A stretch of 39,215 nt of DNA from Acidobacteriota bacterium (GTDB lineage: Bacteria; Acidobacteriota; Terriglobia; Terriglobales; Acidobacteriaceae). The stretch is from the NCBI GenBank assembly GCA_040389265.1, contig JAZKAG010000101.1, positions 1 through 39,215 on the forward strand, in the 5' to 3' direction. Shown piece after piece: positions 32,879-39,215 of this stretch. Positions within the stretch are counted from its first letter, which is position 1. Each line of letters begins with the position of its first letter. The translations under genes and the position numbers were made by a program. The notes below the pieces were generated by a model. That model ran no database searches, had not been told where the DNA came from, and saw only the letters and a list, made by a program, of their open reading frames with translations.

Positions 32879-35824
32879 CTAACGGGTTTGAATCGAATAG
32901 AGCGAGCTATGCGTCAGGATGAATAGCGTCTTTCCGTCTTTGCCGCCAAAGATCAGGTCGATGGGACGCTCGGGAACATCGATGGTTCCAATTTGTTTGC
33001 CGCTGGAGTCATAGATAAAGATGTTGCCTGCCGCCAGGTACACATTTCCCTTGCTGTCCTGGATCACACTTTCACCGCCCTCTTCTGTAAACAGCTTCAG
33101 GCTGGAAAGCGTGCCATCCGGGTTGATGCTTCCGGAGTAGGTTTTCTGCTCGGACTCTTCGCTGACATAGAAGGGGCGTCCCGGAACGACTTTTGCCAGG
33201 CTGAACGCGCGCAGAACATCGGACATTTTCACGCCCCACATCATCGTTCCATCGATAAAATCCTTTCCCGCGGGAATAAACGTAGTCCCATCCGGGGAAA
33301 TAAACTGGTAGGGTCGCGGCCTCGTTACCTGCTGTACGAAATCGTGGCTGCCCCAGTAATCGACGGGAAGAACCGCTGTCATTCCCGGGCGCGGAGCTAC
33401 CGCTACCGGCTGGATGAAAGTAATTCGATCATCGAGCGCGTCAGGCCGGAAGGTATACACCGTGCCCTTACCGGCATAGGAAACCACAATTAGATTTCCT
33501 GCGCGATCCATTGCCAGCTGAGTCGGTTGCAGGGAATTGTCACGGAGAATCTTCAGGTCGTGCATTTCCGGCGTCCAGCGATAAATCCTCCGCCAACGTG
33601 TGTCGATGAAATAAAGCCGTCCTTGCGCGTCGACAGTTGCGCCTGAGATCGTAAAGAATCCACCGCACAATTTCTCCAGCTTCGCGCCTTCAGCGAGTAC
33701 CGGCGCGGGTGCAACCGGCCGCGGCTCAGGTTTCTTTCCAGAAATCGAAAGTGACGCCAGCTCGCTAGAGCGAACCTGCACGCCATACGTCTGATCGAAG
33801 ACCGAGTTATCGAATGCAACTTTGCTGTTGCTGTTCACATGCAGATTCTTCAACTGAATATCGCTGGACCGCGCAACACGCACCGCATAGGGAAAGGGTT
33901 GATAGCTGGCGATCACGCGATACGAGTGGAAGTTGGCGACCGTAATATGGCTGGAGTCGTCGATTTCAAGTGGCAGCGCGAAGGGACCCTCCCCCCACTC
34001 TTCTTCCGTCTGCAGAGAATCAATCTCCCAGTTGGAAACATGTCGCAGCACAATTTCGTTGCGCACGTGATGCTCGCTGGAAAGCTCATACACATGCCCC
34101 GGAGTCGACGTGTTGGAGATGTACATGCCCGCCTGCGCGTACGTGTCCGGCGTCCAAATGTCGGCGAATGTCCCACCGCCACCATTCGTGATCCACAGGC
34201 TGGGATATTGCGCATCCCATTGGCGATGAATGTCCGGGTCAGCAGTATGGGTGTTGTTGTAGGGATTGACGCGCGTTCCATCGATGCGATTGGTGCCATG
34301 GCCGCCCAGAAATCGAACGTCATCCATCAATGAATTTTCCCCGGCCATCCACATCACACCTGCAGCACGGCTGTTGATGCCATTGGTGTAGATGCCAATA
34401 CCGGTCACGATATTGGTTCCACCTTGAGGAGTCTCCAACAGAGGCTTCGGATTTCCAACGCCCTGAAATCCCGCGGTGGAGTCCGGCAGGATCAACTGTG
34501 TCGCACTGGGATGCAGCCCGATCAGGACAGTGTCTGGCTTCAGCCGCAATGTATCGCTGACGATATAGTGCCCCGAAGGAATATAAATCGTGGCATGCTC
34601 GTCGATCGCCCGCTGAATTGCGGCGGTATCGTCGGCCGTTCCGTCGCCCTTCGCACCCAGGGTATGCAGGTTCACCCACGTGTCACGCGGGGGAAGATTG
34701 CGAATCACTGGCGCCCCCGCAGGCGGCAACGCGGTTAGTGGCGCCGTCTGGAACGAGGTTTCAATCTTTGCCGGTGCATCCAAATCGGCGATGGTCAGCC
34801 CATGGGAAAATACCTGGACTCGGTACATCGCTGCAGGCCCAGCAAGCTTTTTTCCAGTCTCGCGAAACTCCGCGAACTGCGGCACATGCTTGCAAATGAT
34901 TTCCTTCAGGTTGATTTCCGTCCGCGGATTGTTCTCGTTGCTGACGATCACCGCTGGACCGCTGATATCCTCGAATCGAGAATTCTTTACCCATAGCTCA
35001 TCGGGATACTCAGGATCGATTGCAATTGCCGTCGGCACATTCCGGAACACATCGTGATCGAGCGTCAAACCGGCTTCATGCTCCTGGATTGCAGCCACAG
35101 TCTGGCCTTCAAACGTGGAATCCAGCAGCGTGAATTGCCACCCGGGGGAAGGCCTCTCGGTGATGATTCCGTACTGGCCCCCGTAAAAATGTAAATCTTC
35201 GGCCTCGTTGCCAATGTCCTTCAGCGCCGCCAGCCCCGAGCCAAGATGAAAATCCATGTGGGTCAGAAAACAATGCTGCGCCACGTGAAAGCGAATTCCA
35301 ACAGCAGCCGGATTGCCATCCTGAATTTCAAAGTCGATGTTGCTCATCGCGGAGTAAAACGTTCCCGGATTGGCATCCTCCACTTCCGTTGCCGGCACTG
35401 TCCCCGGGAAAGGGCCAGTGTGACGGTACGGATGCCTGCCGCCTGCGAACATCACCATGTACCCGATGCCCTTCTGAAAGCCGGGAGTATTTTTCCCCAG
35501 CAACAGCACCGGTCGCGTTGGCCCATAGCCAATGACGCGCACCGCCGGCCAAACAAAAATGGTTTTGCTGATTCGATATCGGCCGGAAGGAATAAAGACG
35601 ATGCCTTGTTTGCGCGTTGCCTCGACCTGGTCAATGGCTTGTTGAATTGCCATGCTGTCGTCGGCGACACCATCCCCATGAACAGGAAATTTGTCTGGCG
35701 TCAGGTACACCGCCGTCGGATCATCCAGGCGAACAGGGTAGTAGGAGGCAGCCAACGATGGCGCCGCGAACAGCGATGCCAGGATCAACAACACAGCAGA
35801 CTGAATCGATCCAACCTTCATCAA
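32879..35824 (-). CDS. Secreted GH55-like tandem beta-helix (two pectate-lyase-3-type modules) fused to a C-terminal SMP-30/gluconolactonase/LRE-like beta-propeller
   Basis: SD GGGAGG and signal peptide MMKVGSIQSAVLLILASLFAAPSLA. Module 1: HGDGVADDSMAIQQAIDQ...IVFIPSGRYRISKTI and GIRFHVAQHCFLTHMDF. Module 2: LGAKGDGTADDTAAIQRAIDEHATIYIPSGHYIVSDTL. The last ~270 aa (32882..33691) read ...SGATVDAQGRLYFIDTRWRRIYRW...DRAGNLIVV...NVYLAAGNIFIYDSSGKQIGTIDVPERPIDLIFGGKDGKTLFI, which is SGL-like. Confidence 0.75.
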   Translation of the reverse strand: MMKVGSIQSAVLLILASLFAAPSLAASYYPVRLDDPTAVYLTPDKFPVHGDGVADDSMAIQQAIDQVEATRKQGIVFIPSGRYRISKTIFVWPAVRVIGYGPTRPVLLLGKNTPGFQKGIGYMVMFAGGRHPYRHTGPFPGTVPATEVEDANPGTFYSAMSNIDFEIQDGNPAAVGIRFHVAQHCFLTHMDFHLGSGLAALKDIGNEAEDLHFYGGQYGIITERPSPGWQFTLLDSTFEGQTVAAIQEHEAGLTLDHDVFRNVPTAIAIDPEYPDELWVKNSRFEDISGPAVIVSNENNPRTEINLKEIICKHVPQFAEFRETGKKLAGPAAMYRVQVFSHGLTIADLDAPAKIETSFQTAPLTALPPAGAPVIRNLPPRDTWVNLHTLGAKGDGTADDTAAIQRAIDEHATIYIPSGHYIVSDTLRLKPDTVLIGLHPSATQLILPDSTAGFQGVGNPKPLLETPQGGTNIVTGIGIYTNGINSRAAGVMWMAGENSLMDDVRFLGGHGTNRIDGTRVNPYNNTHTADPDIHRQWDAQYPSLWITNGGGGTFADIWTPDTYAQAGMYISNTSTPGHVYELSSEHHVRNEIVLRHVSNWEIDSLQTEEEWGEGPFALPLEIDDSSHITVANFHSYRVIASYQPFPYAVRVARSSDIQLKNLHVNSNSKVAFDNSVFDQTYGVQVRSSELASLSISGKKPEPRPVAPAPVLAEGAKLEKLCGGFFTISGATVDAQGRLYFIDTRWRRIYRWTPEMHDLKILRDNSLQPTQLAMDRAGNLIVVSYAGKGTVYTFRPDALDDRITFIQPVAVAPRPGMTAVLPVDYWGSHDFVQQVTRPRPYQFISPDGTTFIPAGKDFIDGTMMWGVKMSDVLRAFSLAKVVPGRPFYVSEESEQKTYSGSINPDGTLSSLKLFTEEGGESVIQDSKGNVYLAAGNIFIYDSSGKQIGTIDVPERPIDLIFGGKDGKTLFILTHSSLYSIQTR

Positions 35825-35871
35825 CTTCCTCCCACAACCGTTGCATGCGCTCTTACGAATCGCCCGGCAGT

Positions 35872-37278
35872 CTACCAGACATAGGTCGCAACATCACCTT
35901 CGGGCAGCGTCGCTGTCATTGCCTTGCCGTGATAGCTCACGTTGAACGTCGTCGGAAAATTCCCCGTATTGGAAACAATCAACACCATTTTCCCGTCCGG
36001 CGTCCGGAATGCCACGTTCGCCAGTTGTTCCACGTCGTTCGAGTCGACGCGAACCGAGCCAGCCGGAACAAATTTCGAGGCCTGCGCGATCACGTAATAC
36101 GCGACATTCAACGTGGCCTTGTCGCCATCCAAGGTGATGGCTCCAATACAGGAACCGCACCCGCCGTCATTCGTGTGTGGCCCGTTTTCCGGATCCGCCG
36201 CCAGGTTCCACAGCAGGACGTTCTTGCTCCAGTTCCGTGTCGCTCCAATCACCACATCGCTGACAGGCTCTGAGATGTCGATGCTGGTTTCGTTGTGGCC
36301 GTAGCCAATCGACTGCTCCGTGAAATAGATGTTCTTGTTGGGAAACGCATCATGCACTTTCGTCAAGGCCGTGATGGACCCGCCATATAAATGCCAGGCC
36401 GATCCGTCTACGTACTTGCTCGCGTCCGGATCTTTCAAGATCGAGAGAGCGTACGAAGTCACGTCAGGATTGTGGTCATAGATCAGGATCTTGGTCCTTA
36501 TATGTGCTTTCCTGAAAGCCGGCCCTAACGCATTTTTGATGAAGTTATCTTCCTGCTGGGCAAACATCACCATGCTCGGCGTGTTCTTCGGATTCAGCGG
36601 CTCATTCTGCACCGTGATGGCGTCAATCGTGATTCCCGATGCCTTCATGCCTTGCACATACTTCACAAAATAATCTGCGTAGGCTTTGTAGTACTCCGGC
36701 TTGAGCGTGCCTCCCTTGGACTTGTCGTTGGTCTTCATCCACGCAGGAGCCGACCATGGCGAGCCCAGGATTTTAATCTTCGGATTCAGCGCCAGAATTT
36801 CTTTCAACGCTGGGATCACATCCCCTTCGTCAGGAGCCAGGCTGAAATTCGCCAGCGTCGGATCCGTTTCTCCCGCCGGCATATCGTCGTAGGAGTAAAC
36901 CGTGGCATTCATGTCCGAGGACCCGATGCTCACGCGCAGATAACTCACTCCAATTCCATCCCCATCCGTCGAAAAAAGTTGTTTCAGCAGGGAAGCTCTC
37001 GCTGGGGCCGACATATGCATCAGTAACTGCGCGCTGCCGCCGGTCAACGCAAACCCGAATCCGTCGATGGTCTGAAACTTCTTCGCATCGTCCACCGTAA
37101 TGGTGGGCACATCTTGTTTCGGCTGAGAAAATTCCAGCCCATTGGGTTGCTGCACCACCAGCGAAGATTTATCCGGAGTGGTCAGCCAGACGCTCGCTGT
37201 TTGTGCCATCAACGTGCACGCCGCAAAGGGTACCATAGCCGCCATGGCGAACAGACCTGCCATCGATTTTGTTTTCAT
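35872..37278 (-). CDS. Glycoside hydrolase family 30 (beta-1,6-glucanase / glucosylceramidase-like), secreted
   Basis: SD GGGAGG and a signal peptide. Motifs IDGFGFALTGGSAQLL, GSPWSAPAWMKTN, ITVQNEP (acid/base Glu context) and IYFTEQS (nucleophile context). Confidence 0.88.
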   Translation of the reverse strand: MKTKSMAGLFAMAAMVPFAACTLMAQTASVWLTTPDKSSLVVQQPNGLEFSQPKQDVPTITVDDAKKFQTIDGFGFALTGGSAQLLMHMSAPARASLLKQLFSTDGDGIGVSYLRVSIGSSDMNATVYSYDDMPAGETDPTLANFSLAPDEGDVIPALKEILALNPKIKILGSPWSAPAWMKTNDKSKGGTLKPEYYKAYADYFVKYVQGMKASGITIDAITVQNEPLNPKNTPSMVMFAQQEDNFIKNALGPAFRKAHIRTKILIYDHNPDVTSYALSILKDPDASKYVDGSAWHLYGGSITALTKVHDAFPNKNIYFTEQSIGYGHNETSIDISEPVSDVVIGATRNWSKNVLLWNLAADPENGPHTNDGGCGSCIGAITLDGDKATLNVAYYVIAQASKFVPAGSVRVDSNDVEQLANVAFRTPDGKMVLIVSNTGNFPTTFNVSYHGKAMTATLPEGDVATYVW

Positions 37279-37467
37279 TAGAGCCTCCCATTCCCGCCCG
37301 CTGGGCAGTATGAATTGTAGTGTGACGATTTACGAAACCCTTGCGGTGTTGTAATCACTCTTCAACTCGCGCGATGAGTCGCAGGGATTTGCAACCTTGC
37401 CGCGAGAACCTCCGCATCCTGCGCGTCACAATCCAGACGCGCAACGCCCCATACAGCATCGCTGCAA

Positions 37468-37499
37468 GTGAAAAGGACGGCGACATTCACCGTCCTTTC
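37468..37499 (-). terminator. Rho-independent terminator downstream of the TBDR gene
   Basis: The minus-strand RNA GGAAAGGACGG-UGAAUGUCG-CCGUCCUUUUCAC forms a 9-bp stem followed by a U-run. It begins ~25 nt after the stop at 37523-37525. Confidence 0.65.
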
Positions 37500-37522
37500 C
37501 AAGGTTGAGGATTGCTCCCAAC

Positions 37523-39215
37523 TTAGAAGGTCAGGCGACCGCTGATCTGCATGGTTCTGCCGCCGACCGTTGTGTTTGTGATCTGCCCCACTTGCGAACC
37601 GCCAATATTGTTATCCGGCTGCGAGAAGCTGGGATGATTCAGCACATTCGTGGCATCACCGCGCAACTGGAAGACTACCTGCCGCCAGATGGTGAAGTTC
37701 TTCCCTAACGAAGCATTGACATTGGTAAGACCTGGTCCGCGTAAGCTGTTTCTGCTTGAATTGCCGAACGTTCCAGGAGCAGGTTGCGCAAAAGCAGCTG
37801 GGTTGAACCATTCCTTGTGATTGTGTGGTCCAGAATTTGGATCACCGACTACGTTTGGATATTGGGCGAAGCCGTTGCCTGTCTCACCGCCCTGGCTGTA
37901 GGAGTTGTCGCTGTTCATCTGCGCGGTGAACGGGTTTCCGCCCTGTACCTGAATTGTTGTCGAGGCCAGCCAACCGCCTATCAACACATCCAGAATGTGA
38001 TTGTTGTTGACGAATCTACGTCCCTTGCCGACCGGCAACTCCCAGATGACGTCTCCCTTGAACATATTTGTGATGTCGAAGTTGGACGGACCGTAATTCG
38101 CCGATGGGTCGTAGCCGATCTGCCACGGAGTGTTTCCGCCGCGACTGCCCCATCCGGAGGAATCCTGATCGTCCAGGAAGTGCGACCAGGTGTAGTTGAA
38201 GTTGAACTCCAGGCCATAAGTCATGCGCTTTCGTATCTGCGCCTGGAGGGAGTTGTAATTGGACCGTGCATTATTCGTGCTTCCGTTGATTCCCTGGAAT
38301 AGCGGATACGGCCGGTAGGTTGGATTATCATTCGGCCCAAGAAACTTCGCGTGGATCTGGTTCAGATCGGTAACGAAGTTCAAATTGCTTCCAACACTGC
38401 CTACGTAAGCCACCGTGGCGACCATATTGGTGCCCAGTTCACGCTGGACTTCAAGGTTGTATTGCCAGATTTTCGGAACTGGCGTGTGGTACTGGTTATA
38501 ACTCACGGTCTGCCCGTTGCGCGCATCCGGGGTTGTCGGAGAATCAAGGTACAAAGAATTGATGCTTTGGCCGTTGAACTGGCCCACTCCGCAGCCCGGG
38601 TCAGTGGTATCTGGTGTTGAACCATCGGAACTCAATTTCACGACCGGGCATAAGCCATTGGTTGCGTCGTTGGAAGTGCCGCTGCTGCCAAAGGCATTTC
38701 CCATTCCGGCGCCGTAGGTGTCCTCGCTCCATGTGTACGCGTAGAGTCCGACTCCGCCACGCACCACTGTAGTTGGCAGCGCCTGCCACGAGAAGCCAAT
38801 GCGCGGCAGGAACGTGTCCCATACCCCCGCCTGCAGACGCTTGCGCCCGTTTGCATGGCTGAACCCATACCACATCGCTCCCGGCGTATTATTTGCGGGA
38901 TTGATCACGGTAGGATCGAAGACCGCCTCGTTGCCCTTCACTTCCGACCAACCAGTCATCCCCTGCCAGCGCAAGCCCAGGTTGATGACCAAGTTCGGAC
39001 GCACCGTGATGTCATCCTGAACGAACGCCTGTGGCAGCTTGATTCTTCCGCCGAATTCCGGGGTGACCTGGGCATTCCAACTCTGTGTTTGGCCCAATAG
39101 GAAATCCGCGTAGCCGAAGCCCGATACCGCCGGTACACCGGCAGGCGGAGGATTCAGCGCGCTGACGCCTGTCGCCGACGTGTAGACCGGATTGTAGGTC
39201 ATGGTGCCGGCGTTC
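37523..39215 (-). CDS. TonB-dependent receptor, C-terminal barrel portion (N-terminus lies beyond the window end)
   Basis: The track ORF starts at an internal Met (39202), but the frame stays open to the window edge (...NAGT-MTYNPVY...). The C-terminal ...TMQISGRLTF* ends in the aromatic residue expected of an outer-membrane barrel. The barrel motifs are paralogous to the TBDR at 1..2919. Confidence 0.88.
   Translation of the reverse strand, partial: NAGTMTYNPVYTSATGVSALNPPPAGVPAVSGFGYADFLLGQTQSWNAQVTPEFGGRIKLPQAFVQDDITVRPNLVINLGLRWQGMTGWSEVKGNEAVFDPTVINPANNTPGAMWYGFSHANGRKRLQAGVWDTFLPRIGFSWQALPTTVVRGGVGLYAYTWSEDTYGAGMGNAFGSSGTSNDATNGLCPVVKLSSDGSTPDTTDPGCGVGQFNGQSINSLYLDSPTTPDARNGQTVSYNQYHTPVPKIWQYNLEVQRELGTNMVATVAYVGSVGSNLNFVTDLNQIHAKFLGPNDNPTYRPYPLFQGINGSTNNARSNYNSLQAQIRKRMTYGLEFNFNYTWSHFLDDQDSSGWGSRGGNTPWQIGYDPSANYGPSNFDITNMFKGDVIWELPVGKGRRFVNNNHILDVLIGGWLASTTIQVQGGNPFTAQMNSDNSYSQGGETGNGFAQYPNVVGDPNSGPHNHKEWFNPAAFAQPAPGTFGNSSRNSLRGPGLTNVNASLGKNFTIWRQVVFQLRGDATNVLNHPSFSQPDNNIGGSQVGQITNTTVGGRTMQISGRLTF

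Overview
This 39.2-kb window looks like ordinary chromosomal DNA from an Acidobacteriota (Terriglobia-like) genome. That placement is inferred from gene content only: carboxypeptidase-regulatory-domain TonB-dependent receptors (TBDRs) with no SusD partner, and several CRTAC1/ASPIC-UnbV proteins. I found no rRNA, tRNA, CRISPR array, transposase, integrase or toxin-antitoxin pair.

About 26 protein genes, left to right:
- A 3'-truncated TBDR that the ORF track misses because it runs off the window.
- A pyrR-pyrB-pyrC operon.
- A fasciclin (FAS1) gene interrupted by an in-frame TGA.
- A run of uncharacterised exported proteins.
- An OpgC-like acyltransferase convergent with glmU.
- A lipoprotein beta-propeller with a perfect (Gly-Thr-Thr)n tandem repeat.
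- An SDR oxidoreductase and a YceI protein.
- An acpP-fabF pair.
- rmuC, a VIT1/CCC1 transporter and a cardiolipin-synthase-like PLD.
- An amidase.
- A four-gene divergent cluster built only from TPR and CRTAC1 (FG-GAP/VCBS + UnbV) modules.
- A minus-strand glycan-utilisation-like block: TBDR, GH30, and a GH55-like/SMP-30 fusion.

The best candidates for something undescribed are the secreted TPR/CRTAC1 cluster, including a roughly 460-aa unassigned C-terminal module, and the SusD-less beta-glucan locus with its unusual fusion enzyme.

All protein calls rest on motif recognition in the supplied translations or my own translation. No homology search was run, and start codons are the least certain part of each call.
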